Shown here: piece after piece, positions 1 to 11,670 of the stretch
How positions within the stretch are numbered: position 1 is the first letter of the stretch
Layout of the letters: each line of letters begins with the position of its first letter
Assembly (NCBI GenBank): GCA_020184695.1
Contig: JAANOX010000249.1
Span: 12,739-76,738, forward strand
DNA from: Histomonas meleagridis 2922-C6/04-290x
Taxonomy: Eukaryota > Protista > Parabasalia
Direction: 5' to 3'
DNA length: 64,000 nucleotides
Translations under genes and position numbers: made by a program
The notes under the pieces: generated by a model
Databases searched by the model: none
Seen by the model: the letters and a program-made list of their open reading frames with translations, nothing else
What the model was told of the DNA's origin: nothing

Positions 1-691
1 TCTTTCTCATTGTTTCTATTTTTGAATAGGTTTATTCGATTTTGTTTGAATGAAAAACGTTAAACAATTTTCCGATAAATCCAAAAACAGCCAAAAAGAA
101 ATTTGATTTAAATGATCTTTTTCGAAAATCTAGAACAAAACTTATATGTTTATCAATAAGATTTGCTTCTATGAAATAAAAAAATGAAAGTTCTCGTCTA
201 AAATAAAATCAGAAACATTAATGTTAACGAAACATAATGACTTTTTTCCAAAATATCAATGATTTACTATGTAAGTCATAACAACAAAGCGTGGTCGAAT
301 GTTGTTTAGCATTTCTATTATTTTTGGTACTAATTTTTTTAAACAAAAAAACTTAACGTTTTTAAATACCATTGATTTTATATTCATCTTTTTCCTCGAA
401 ACAATGATATTATCTCCATTAAACAAGATATAAGAGAGCTTGATTTATTTTATATGTGTAAAATATTTCTTTAATAAATAAATCAATGAAATTAAGTTGC
501 CTTCAAAATATTTCAACGATTAAAATTAATCCAAAAAGCCAGATCCTGAAAATATTTGAATCGATTACTTTTTACATTATACGATGCCACTGTTTGTTTG
601 ACCAAATTATAATTTAAATTTTCTGGGGATATGACGATTGTTTCGCATTCATTTTATTCCATCGTTCTCCCATAACACCCATAACATTGTA

Positions 692-3600
692 ATGGAAAAA
701 ATAAAAGAATTCATCTTTAATCTTATAGGAAACGAAAAAATTCAAATATCAGATAAATACGATGAAAATCTTCGAATTTTGCAAGACCTTGAGAATATTA
801 TTTTTAATTTAAATCCTCAAAACATTGATGAATCAGTTCAATCTTCATTAAAATACATTACTAATGAATTCCATTACTCATTTATTTTCATTACTTGTAA
901 AATTGTATATTCATATTTTCTTTCACAAGGTTCTTTAAAAATATGTTTCGAATATTTACAAAAATATGAAGCGGAAATTGGCACCAAAACAAATTACAAA
1001 GTTTTTGATGTGTTTGCACAATATCTCTTTTCTATTCAAAGTCAAGAATCAAATTATCTTATTGAAAAGATGATTGAAAAGCAAATACTTAATTCTAAGT
1101 GTTACAAAAAGAAAACATCATTATATTTTGCGCATTTTGTTTCACTTGAAAAAATTAACAAATTCGAACATGATCCATTTTATAAATCCTTTATTCAAAA
1201 CATTACAAAACTTCAACAAAACGATTGGGAACTTCATAAGAAATTAGTTGAAGAAGGAATTAATCCAAATGAAATTGCAAAAGCAATTCGATATGATGAA
1301 ATTGAAAAGCTTCAAGAAATATCATCAGAAAATGATTTTGATTTTAACCAAACTATTAAACCATCTCTTTATGAAAGATATTCATTCATTAATCAAGAAA
1401 ATGTTTCATTGATTAATTATTCAGCATTTTTTGGATCGGTAAAATGTTTTAAATATTTATTATTAAATAATTCTAAATTAACAGATACAGGGAAATATGC
1501 AATCGCAGGAGGAAATTTAGAGATAATTCATTTATGTGAACAAAATCATGTATTGTTTAAAAATGATTATGAAATAATAATTGAATTCCATCGAAATGAA
1601 ATCTTGAAATATTTTTTTGAAAAGAAATTAGAAGAAAATCAAACAAATGATTTAGAAGAATTAGGAAAGAAATGTATTTTATTTAATAATTTCAATACTT
1701 TTTCTTTTTTAATGGATAATGGAATGAAGATTGATGAGTCTCTTATCATAGAGTCAATTAATACAGGTAACATATTTCTTGCACAATATTTACTTGGAAT
1801 AAATCCAATATCAATAAATTTCCCAAAGCTCACAATTATTTCATGGAATGATGAACTTTTTAGCTTCCTTGTGAATAATAAATATATTGATTTAAGTCAA
1901 AAGAGTATTTATTAACTTTGTTTTATATTTTTTTCATTAATTTAAAATATATTTAATTAATTTGAAAGTCTTTTTTTAAGTGCATCGCAAAAAGGATATG
2001 TAGGCTTGATACAATACCTACTTAAAGTAAGAGGTATTAATGTTAATTGTAAATATGTTTTTATGTTTTGTTTAAAATTAATTTTGAGAATTTTGGATTT
2101 CAAAATAACATTTGGAAATTATTTAAATGATTTGAAACACCACTCATATTTGCAGCTTCAAGAGGTCATATAGAAATAGTTAAAATACTTCTTAATCAAA
2201 GAGGGATTAATATTAATGCTAAAGATATATATTTGTTTTATTTAATATTTGTTTTCACAATTTGATGGAAGTTTTTTATGATATTTAATTCAGCATTTTT
2301 ATTGGCATCTTCAAGAGGATTCTTTAAAATAGTTAAATTACTCCTTGAAAAAAATGGAATTGAAATTAATGCTGCAAATTTTTATTTGTTTTATTTAATA
2401 TTTGTTTTAATAATTTGATATCAAAAAATAATATATGGAAATTATATTATTTATTTATTACACCACTTATCATTGCAGTAGAAAATAACAAGATAAACAC
2501 AGTTAAATTACTTCTTGAACAAAAAGGAATTGATTTTAATGCGAAAGATAAAATTTAGTTTTATAATTTGATATTTCAAAATAATATTTGGAAATTATTT
2601 AAAATATTTAAAACATCACTTATAAGAGCATCTGGAAATGGTAGCACAGAAATAGTTAAGTTACTTCTTGATCAAGAAGGAATTAATATTAATGCTAAAG
2701 ATAAAATTTAGTATTATAATATGATATTTCAAAAAAATATTTGGAAATTATTTTAAATATTTCAAACCGCACTTTTAAGCGCTTGTTATCATCAAAAAAA
2801 TGAAACAATTAAATTACTAATTGAGCAAAAAGGAATTGATATTAATGCTAAAGATAAAATTTATTTTAATAATTCCAAATTTTAAAAGAATATTTGGAAA
2901 TTGTTTTAAATATTTTATACTGCACTTATGTATTCATGTCAATTTTGTAACATTGAAATAGTTAAATTACTTCTTGAACAAGAAGGAATTGATATTAATG
3001 CTAAAGATAAAATTTATTTTAATAATTTATTATTTCAAAACATTATTTGGAAATTATATAAATTATTTAATACAGTACTTATGAAAGCATGTTATCGTGG
3101 TCATACAGAAATCGTTAAATTACTTCTTGAACAAGAAGGAATTGATATTAATGCTAAAGATAAAATTTATTTTAATAATTTATTATTTCAAAACATTATT
3201 TGGAAATTATATAAATTATTTAATACAGTACTTATGAAAGCATGTTATCGTGGTCATACAGAAATCGTTAAATTACTTCTTGAACAAGAAGGAATTGATA
3301 TTAATGCTAAAGATATTCATTTGAATAATTTAATGTTTATTTTAATAATTTGATATTTCAACATAATATTTGGAAATTATTATAATTATTTAAATCCGTA
3401 TTTATGTATCTAGATATGTATGATGTTAATTATCTAAAAATATTCAATTTACTTCTTGAACATAAAGACATTGATAACAACACTAAAAAAATATATTTTA
3501 TCAATTGTATATTTATTTTGATAATTTTGGATTTCAAAATGATATTTAGAAATTACTTACAATATATGAAAAAGAACTTTTGAAAGCAACATCACTTGGT

Positions 3601-4631
3601 CATACAAAAATAGTTAAATTACTTCTTGAAAAAAAAGGAATTGATATTAATGCTAAAGATATTTATTTGTTTTATTTGATATTTCAAAATAATATTTGGA
3701 AATTATTTAAATTATTTAAAACAGCACTTATTATTGCATCTTTAAAAGGTTTCATAGGAATTGTTGAATTACTTCTTGAACAAGAAGATATTGATGTTAA
3801 TGCTCAAGATATTTATTTGTTTTATTTAATGTTTATTTTAATAATTTGATATTTCAAAATAATATTTGGAAATTATTTAAATTATTTAATACAGCACTTA
3901 TAAAGGCATCTTATGTAGGCAAATTAGAAGTAGTTAAATTACTTGTTAAACATAAAGGAATTGATGTTAATGCAAAAAATTTTTGTTTGTTTTATTTGGA
4001 ATTTATTTTATTTATTTTTTGTTTTATTATTATGTTTGGAAATTATTTAAATTATTTAGGACAGCACTTATTTATGCATCTTACGATGGCTATATAGAGA
4101 TAGTTAAATTACTTCTTGAACAAGAAGGAATTGATGTTAATGCCAAAACTAATATTTATATTAATAATTTGAAGTTTATAAGTAATATTTGGAAATTATT
4201 CAAATTATTTGACACGGCACTTATTAATGCATCTTGTAAAGGTCATATAGAAATAGTCAAATTACTCCTTGAACAAGAAGGAATTAACATTAATGAAAAA
4301 GATATTTATTCATTTTATTTAATATTTAACTTAATAATATAAAATTCAAAAATAATGTTTGGAAATTATTCAAATTATTTGACACAGCAATTATGAAAGC
4401 ATCTTTATTTGATAACACAGAAATCGTTAAATTACTTCTTGGACAAGAAGGAATTGATATTAATGTAAAAGATATTTATTTGTTTTATTTAATATTTATT
4501 TTAATAATTCAATATTTCAAAATAAGATTTGGTAATTATTTAAAATATTTTGGACGGCACTTATTATTGCAACTAGAAATGATTTCAAGGATATAATCAA
4601 TTTGTTAAATGAACATGAAACTCATGAGTAA
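692..4631 (+). CDS. DUF3447 + ankyrin-repeat protein, locus 1 (interrupted by 17 spacers built from 17-nt elements)
   Basis: N-terminal ORF has DUF3447-type motifs (IRYDEIEKL, YSAFFGSVKCFKYL, AIAGGNLEIIHL, FHRN). It is followed by stop-free ankyrin modules of 90 nt (one 96 nt), TALxxASxxGHxEIVKLLLEQEGIDINAKD, and ends in a capping repeat with TAA at 4629-4631. ATG at 692 is preferred over the TTG at 638. Confidence 0.85.
1907..4553 (+). repeat. Array of 17 ankyrin-hairpin spacers (60/63/80 nt) = n x (17-nt element + 1 codon)
   Basis: Manually measured lengths: 60,80,63,80,63,63,63,63,63,80,80,60,80,80,63,80,80. All lie between the AKD-equivalent and TAL-equivalent codons. Confidence 0.92.
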
Positions 4632-4921
4632 AAATGTTGAAATTTTATGTGTGTGAGTGTTACATGATTTACTTATTTGATTTCATATGCTTTCTAAAGC
4701 ATCATGTTATTAATTAATCATAGAAGCTTCTCTTTAATAAAAATGAAATATTTAATTTTTTAAAATTCATATGTTATATATATATTATAAAGAAATTTTG
4801 AATTCTTCTTTTTCTTTCATGCTAAATATTTGGTTTATTAAAAACATTATAAAACAAAAATCATTATTCAAACCAATAACTTTTTTAAACATATATAACA
4901 TTAAATTCATTTTATCTTTTT

Positions 4922-5445
4922 TTATTTATATTTTGCAAAATCAAAAACCTGCATTACACCATCATTTAAAAAAGATGAACATTCAACATAATCAAACGCA
5001 TTAATTTCTTTAGCCAAATTTACTGCTTCATCTTTATCAATGCATTGAGCAGGTGATATGGATTTTTTTAAATCTGATTTTGTCCCAATTAGCCGAATTT
5101 CTGGCTTCTGAGAAGCCTTTTTGATTGCTGGATACCATTTTGTTTTAATATTATCAAAAGATAATTTGTCAACAATTGAAAAACAAAGCATAATAATATC
5201 TGTGTTTGAAATAGAAAACAGATAATTTTCTATGAAATAATCGATACCATCGGTATCCCATGGAGTTGATGAATACACAGAATTATTGATTTTGATAAAC
5301 CCCCTATAGCTATTAAAAAACTCTTGAACAAAACTTGGGACTTCACCATAAACATACATGTAAATCAATAGAGTTTTTCCTGAGGAATGATCATTCCGCC
5401 AAGAAAAAAAAGGCGGATTTCTTGAGGGCGCTTTTTCGTGGGCAT
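4922..5445 (-). pseudogene. Degenerate Rho/Rac-like small GTPase, frameshifted at the P-loop
   Basis: ATG at 5445 gives MPTKKRPQEIRLFFLG; a different frame continues DHSSGKT, WDTDG, CFSIVDKLSFDNIKTKW, GTKSDL, YVECSS. No CAAX box; switch II altered. Confidence 0.65.
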
Positions 5446-5539
5446 TCAATTTCGACTTTTTTTGAAGAGGTGTGGACAATGATTCATACTAATGATGGTG
5501 ATTCATAAAATTAAACGAATTGGAATCGAACAAGTAAAT

Positions 5540-5645
5540 GAAGTTGCTTTATTTCTTCACTTAAATATTTTTGAATGGAGAAAATGTAAACAAAACATAC
5601 AAATATGCAGTTGCAGGCGGGAACTTAGAGATCATTCATCGCGAA
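5540..5645 (+). pseudogene. DUF3447 relic fragment
   Basis: Encodes KYAVAGGNLEIIH and aligns at DNA level to 37180-37290, with disruptions upstream. Confidence 0.7.
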
Positions 5646-6017
5646 AGAAAAAGGTTTTAATGAAATCTTAGGGTCAATTCAAAAACATGTAAACTCTCAT
5701 TACAACAACGCTTGAACATAAATAAACAAAAGTATGAAAGAAATTACAAAAATTCTTTTCAATTTTCAAATATGAAAATGGGAGTGTATTTGTTTTAACA
5801 ACATAAAAAATGTGAACATAAGTTAAAAGTAAAAATAGAATTTTCAATTGATATTTAAAATACAAATTTTCTTTTGTAATCAAATGCATGTGCATTAGCT
5901 TAAAATAACATGTTGTTATTAATAATTCCAATGAAAATAGGAATATTCAAGTGTTTTGTTTCTTCGGCCACAAATAAATTGAATACAATTTTCGGTTTTT
6001 GACTTCACCAAATTTTA

Positions 6018-9000
6018 ATGGAGAACGCATGTAATCAAATTTTACAGTTATGGGCACAAATGAGAGATAATTCAAACCCTGCTCTTGCACAAAATGCTTC
6101 TGGACAGTTTAGTCAAATTTTATCAAGTCCTGATTTAATTTATCCTTTGATATCAATAGTTGAAAATATTAAGGAAGAAGGCATACAATTATATGCTACA
6201 AATTTCATTTACATTTGGACTAAAAACCACTTTCTTGAAGCAGATAAAGAAAAATTGGCACAAATTTTACCAAAATATTTACAAATTGCTTGTACAATTC
6301 AAACTCCAAATTATCGTGAAAACATTTGTCAAGCAGCACTACTTATTGAAAGTCATATTAAATTATCACCACAACCATTTTTCGATTTAATGAATACATT
6401 TTTCCAAAGCCAAAATACAATAGGCACCGGCTTCTTTTTAGCGTCTCTTTTACTTCCATTATATGAAGAAATATTTATTACAATTCCAGATTTCTTTATT
6501 AAAGTATTATCTGTTGCAGCTCAACTTTTGTCAGCAGATACAACAGATACAATAAATAACGTATATAAATTTTTGATTACATTTTTTAGATTTCCAGATT
6601 TAGCCAAACAATTTTTTGATCAATTATCTTTTATTTCAGAAGGAATTCATAAGCGTTTCCAATATCTATTTAATGTCAATCAAAACCCAAATGAAATATC
6701 TATATTCTTCCGTATGATATGTCGAAGTATTAAATGTTTACCAGAATTTGTTCATACATTTTTAGTTGATTTATTCCAAGTCACTATTCCTCTTTTGCTT
6801 AATAATCAATTAGATCCTATGATTCGTATTTCTGCCTTTACAATTTTTGAATATGCTGCTGAATATGATGTCTCGTTACTTGCAGGAAACATTGAAGATT
6901 ATATCAAACATTTCACTGAATTTTCTCTTGTTTTATGTCGAGAATCACCTGAAACTAATGAATATGAAGCGCCAGCCAATTTCTTTGAGCTTGTTTCAAA
7001 CGAGCTTGATGAAGAAACGGTTATTTCACTTTTTGTGCCAATCATTGAAATGTTAACGAACTCCAACGATCCATTTTCATATTTAGTTTCTATTATGATT
7101 ATTGATTCTATATTTGTTTCAATTGAAGCAGAAGTGTTAGATATTTTTGATATTTTCGAACAACTTGTTGGTAAATCATTAGTATCAGGGAATAAAGTCT
7201 TAATTGATAAATCATGTCAATTAATTGACAAATTTATATCAACTGATGAATCATTATCAGCACAAATCATAGATATATTTGAAGGATTTTTATTACAAGT
7301 TATACCTATCTCTGATAATGCAATAACAACATTAACAAATCTTTATGATAATTCATCAAAAGAACCGAAAAATATCGAACAGACCCTGTCAATTATCTAT
7401 GAACAATTTAAATCATCAAGTGATCCATATCGCATCGAAATATTATGTCAATTAATAGCACAAATCGTTTTAACCATATCTGATATTCAACCACAATATT
7501 ATCAAGCGATTCAACCATATTTGTCACAACTGATTAAAATGGGTGAATCATCATATGCAGTTGCAATCCAAACGTATTGTTCCTTTGCACATAGTAATCC
7601 ATTATTATTACGTAATGATTTAGAATCATTATGTACAATCATATTTAATGGATTATCAAATCCTAATAATCATAATTTAATATTAAAATGTTCGACGTCA
7701 TTACAAATATTAATCGAAAATTATACAATAACAATATCGCCATTTATTAATCAATTTTTAAGTCGTTATATCCAATTATTTAATGAGGAAACACCAGATT
7801 TCTCAGAAGGAAAAGATTTAGATGATAATGAACAATACAATGAATATTTGAAGGTTTTAGCAATTTATACTGAAATGAAAGGTCAAATATTATTAACAAT
7901 AACAACGATCTTTAATTATTATATTGATCAATTCGCATCACAATATTTAGCAATTAAAAACCTTTTGCAAGTATCGATAACAAACGAAGAAATCAAAAAT
8001 TATGCAATTCGTTCATTTTCCGAAGTAATTTCCGGGTTTAATAAAGCGAACATTGATTCGACTGAATTAATACAAATCTTTTTTAAGTCAAATCAATGAA
8101 GTCGAATCAACAGAAGAACTTATAGATATATGGAATACAATGGTATTAATCATATCTAATTCCAACAAACAACTTTTACTTCAATGTGGAAATATTATTG
8201 TTGAACAAATTGTTATTGGACTTAAGTTAGAAAATCAATTTTATAAAGAGTCCAAAAAAAAGAATTTACTCAATCGTTATATAGTTACACCTTTAATGAC
8301 GTCAATAATGCGATTTTTCCTTGAGATTGGTTATGATGGGAAACAATATGTCGAAACAATATTGGCGTTAGTATTAAACATTGCGAATACCAAAAGTAAA
8401 TATTGTAAAGGTCCTTCGTATAGAACAATTTCATTTCTTTTAACGATATTTCCAGAATATAAAAACAATTTATTTGAAGTTGCATTAACACAAAACATTT
8501 TAATGATTAAATCTTCGTATACTGATAATAGATCATGTTCATTTGACTCTATAAATTATTTGCTAAATGTTGAGCCGAATTTAATTGTTCAATGTTTACA
8601 AGTAATTAATGAATCGTTAAATGAAGTTATTAATAATGAATCTCATTACCCAAACGGTATGATCGATTCTGCTGTAATGTTATGGTGTTCTATAGTTATG
8701 ATATATCAATTACAACCACAAGAAAATGAATTCGATAATATTTTGCAATTATTAAATACTACATCAAATTGCATTAATGTCAAATTCATCGCAAAGTTTT
8801 TGAGATTCGCTTGTGAAAAGTGGCCAATGAAATTTAACGCCGAAAATATGTTCGAGTTCGCGGCGGGTTTCTTCGCGTCTGATGATTACGTAATTAGAGC
8901 GACGGACAAGCAAGATATGGACTTCTTGGCACAGTTCATTGTGAACGCGTCAATAATGGACTTTCAAAGATTTGGGTTTAATGAATATAGGATATCTATG

Positions 9001-9033
9001 ATCCAAAAACATTTAGGAATTTATAAACAGTAA
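6018..9033 (+). CDS. HEAT/ARM-repeat importin-beta-like protein (about 1000 aa; 1-nt frameshift in T6 at 8079-8084)
   Basis: ORFs 6018-8099 and 8140-9033 join if one T is removed (QIFLSQINEVEST...). Helical Leu/Ile-rich composition with an acidic loop, and size typical of karyopherin-beta. Confidence 0.6.
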
Positions 9034-9348
9034 TATAATATTATTAATGTGATTTGGTGCATAACGGTCGCTGCGTTCTGAATTGTTGATTTGGCTTTTT
9101 GTAAACTTTTTAAGCGTATTGTCAGAAAACGGTTTTGATACGATTTTGACATGAGCACACAAAAGTTGAATGACTTTTCATAGAAAGTTGGTTGTTTTTT
9201 GTCGTTTTCCCTTAAATTCCATTCAAATGTCAAGTCCTCACTTGTGAGCAAGTAAATGAAATCTTCTCATGTCACCTAATGCTTCATGTGCGTGTCTTGA
9301 CATCCAAAAAAATTTCGATGAAAACTCACATTTCACATTGAACAACAG

Positions 9349-11532
9349 TTGTTACACACATTTTTAATGAAAAATTTGAGGTTATTTGGAAAAGCCAAAT
9401 CCAATCCCAATATTGTAAACGCATATACCAAATCGATGAAATATGATGGGTATTCTCAATTGACGATAGTATTAATTCACATTGGCACTTTTATCCTCCT
9501 CGTAAATATCAGCAACAATGTTTTTATTCGAAATAAATATTATTTTAATTCTCTCACAGAAAATAAAACAACGAACATGCATGTGCATAACGAAAGCATA
9601 CATCATATGCCTATTGATCTGATAAAACACATAAGAAGTCAAATATTTTCACCTAAAATTCAAACAGCAAACAACATAAATCATTTCTCACAATTGGTTT
9701 CATTCAACAATTCTCTTGATAACAATGCAATATGCTTTTGGCACATCATTCCTCCAAAATTAGTAATTTCATATTTTTATTATAAAATGACTGTAATCTT
9801 TCATATCTTACATAATAGATATCATTTTAATGAAAGTCTTAAATGTTGTTTTTCAATGAATTTCAACAATAATATTCTTAAAAATCTACCAAAGATATTC
9901 AATGCATTAATTACTTCTGTAAATGAAAACATAAATTTGCTCTTATTTATATTTTTTGTTTTTACTTTCTTTTCCAGAATTTATTTTAATCGAAAAAGCA
10001 TTCATCAAAAAATCAAAGTTATTCCGATTTTAATGATTATATTTTTTGTTAATACAAAACAATCATATGACGAAGAGACAAAAACACTCACAATATCTGA
10101 TTCCAATGATTATTCAAATGATTATATGAATGTTACAGAACGTGTTATAATTATTAATGTTGGGGAGCTTGAAAGTAATGCATTCAGAGAATGGCCTTTG
10201 TTAACAACAGTAATAATTGGAGAAACAGTTGGAAATATCGGTAGTGGAGCATTTGCATCATGTAAACAATTAGAATATATCCAATTTCCAGATAAATTAA
10301 TGAGTGGAATTGGAGGAAGTGCATTTGCAGGATGTATTTCATTAAATAACATTACAATCCGTTGTAATAGCATTAGTGGTAAAGCATTTTATAAATGTAC
10401 AGGACTTGAAACGATAACATTATATGAAGGCGTCCGAAGTATTGGGTCAGATGCATTCAGAGGATGTATAAACCTTGTGAATATTTATATACCAAGTTCT
10501 GTTACTTCGATTGGGAATCCATTTTTAGAATGTACAAATCTTCAATTTATTAATGTTTCAGAAGAAAACATTGGATATTCGAATTATGAAAACGATGGCG
10601 TTTTATATAATAAAGAAATTACATATATTATTAGTTATCCGAATATGAAAAGTAAAACATTTACAATTCCTAATTCAGTCATTTCTATTATGAATTATTC
10701 TTTTGCAAGTTGTAATAATTTAGAAAGAATTTTTATTGATGAAAATGTTCAATATATTAATTCATGTGCATTTACGAATTGTACATCACTTCAATGTATT
10801 CATTTTAATGGAGAAATTTCACCAGAAATACAAAATGATGCATTTGTTAATATCAATGCGACAATAGTTATGACAATAGAAACATATCAAAATGAAACAT
10901 TTGGAAATATGGAAATTACTAAGGGAACAACACTTGACGAATGTCTCCCGCCAACACTCACATTCACTGACTCAAATACATTTACAAAATCAAATTCACT
11001 AACTTCATCAGTTACTCATTCATCGGATGTAACTTTATCTTTAACACATTCGTTCACTTTGACACACTCATTATCTATTACACTTTCGATTACATTTTAT
11101 AGTAAATACATAAATACAATTTCATTGTTCACATTTGAATCAACTTATAGTTATATATCGACAAATGTCATTTATTACGATTACACTGTTATATATTATT
11201 CGTCTTATTACAGTTATTATTCTGACTTTTATACATTAGTTGTCACTGATGTTACACCAAAAGATAATTCGATCTCAAATGAATTGTTAATTGGTATTAT
11301 ATGCGGCGCTATTGTGATAGTTTTGATAATTGTCGGAATCGTAATATCTATGATTAAATATCAAAATAAGAAGCGAAAGCAAAATGAAGAAGAAATGAAT
11401 ATTTCAGATGAAAATAATAATCAAATTACTGAAATAGATAATACATTTTCAGTTGGGATCAATAATTCAAATATTGAAGAAGATCCATTTGCAGACGATT
11501 TCAAAGAAGAAAAATTTATCAGTCAGATATAA
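9349..11532 (+). CDS. BspA-like leucine-rich-repeat surface protein with N-terminal extension
   Basis: TpLRR/LRR_5 repeats (IGSGAFASC, IGSDAFRGCINL, FASCNNL), Ser/Thr stalk, Tyr-rich segment, TM helix, acidic tail EEDPFADDFKEEKF. Start uncertain (ATG at 9367 or 10033). Confidence 0.85.
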   Translation: MLHTFLMKNLRLFGKAKSNPNIVNAYTKSMKYDGYSQLTIVLIHIGTFILLVNISNNVFIRNKYYFNSLTENKTTNMHVHNESIHHMPIDLIKHIRSQIFSPKIQTANNINHFSQLVSFNNSLDNNAICFWHIIPPKLVISYFYYKMTVIFHILHNRYHFNESLKCCFSMNFNNNILKNLPKIFNALITSVNENINLLLFIFFVFTFFSRIYFNRKSIHQKIKVIPILMIIFFVNTKQSYDEETKTLTISDSNDYSNDYMNVTERVIIINVGELESNAFREWPLLTTVIIGETVGNIGSGAFASCKQLEYIQFPDKLMSGIGGSAFAGCISLNNITIRCNSISGKAFYKCTGLETITLYEGVRSIGSDAFRGCINLVNIYIPSSVTSIGNPFLECTNLQFINVSEENIGYSNYENDGVLYNKEITYIISYPNMKSKTFTIPNSVISIMNYSFASCNNLERIFIDENVQYINSCAFTNCTSLQCIHFNGEISPEIQNDAFVNINATIVMTIETYQNETFGNMEITKGTTLDECLPPTLTFTDSNTFTKSNSLTSSVTHSSDVTLSLTHSFTLTHSLSITLSITFYSKYINTISLFTFESTYSYISTNVIYYDYTVIYYSSYYSYYSDFYTLVVTDVTPKDNSISNELLIGIICGAIVIVLIIVGIVISMIKYQNKKRKQNEEEMNISDENNNQITEIDNTFSVGINNSNIEEDPFADDFKEEKFISQI

Positions 11533-11661
11533 ATAAACATATTTTAAGAACAAAATAATTTTTTTTTTATTTAAACAAGTACAAATTTTATTTCATTTTT
11601 TGTGAGAGAAATCCATACAAAAGTTCCGATAAACAATTGAATACAATATACCGTTAAATTA

Positions 11662-11666
11662 TCATT
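11662..11666 (+). promoter_or_regulatory. Initiator (Inr)-like TCATT just upstream of ATG
   Basis: Matches the trichomonad Inr consensus TCAY(T/A). Similar motifs lie within about 20 nt of several other ATGs (e.g. 18228 and H3). Short motif, so chance matches are common. Confidence 0.45.
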
Positions 11667-11670
11667 TATA

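Noticed and set aside
2928-3353. 51-aa novel ankyrin repeat with a KIYFNNLLFQNIIWKLYKLFN insert
   Set aside because: Read-through of three 17-mers (51 nt) is in frame by arithmetic, and equivalent spacers nearby contain stops (2703, 2856).
1907-4553. Stop-codon reassignment (alternative genetic code) explaining the broken ankyrin ORFs
   Set aside because: The 80- and 40-nt spacers change frame, and conserved genes (H3, H4, RPS25, RER1) end at ordinary stops at the expected lengths.
8060-8100. A 17-nt element explaining the importin frameshift
   Set aside because: Removing 17 nt gives the wrong phase; a single-T change fixes it. I found no convincing 17-nt elements outside ankyrin hairpins in this window.
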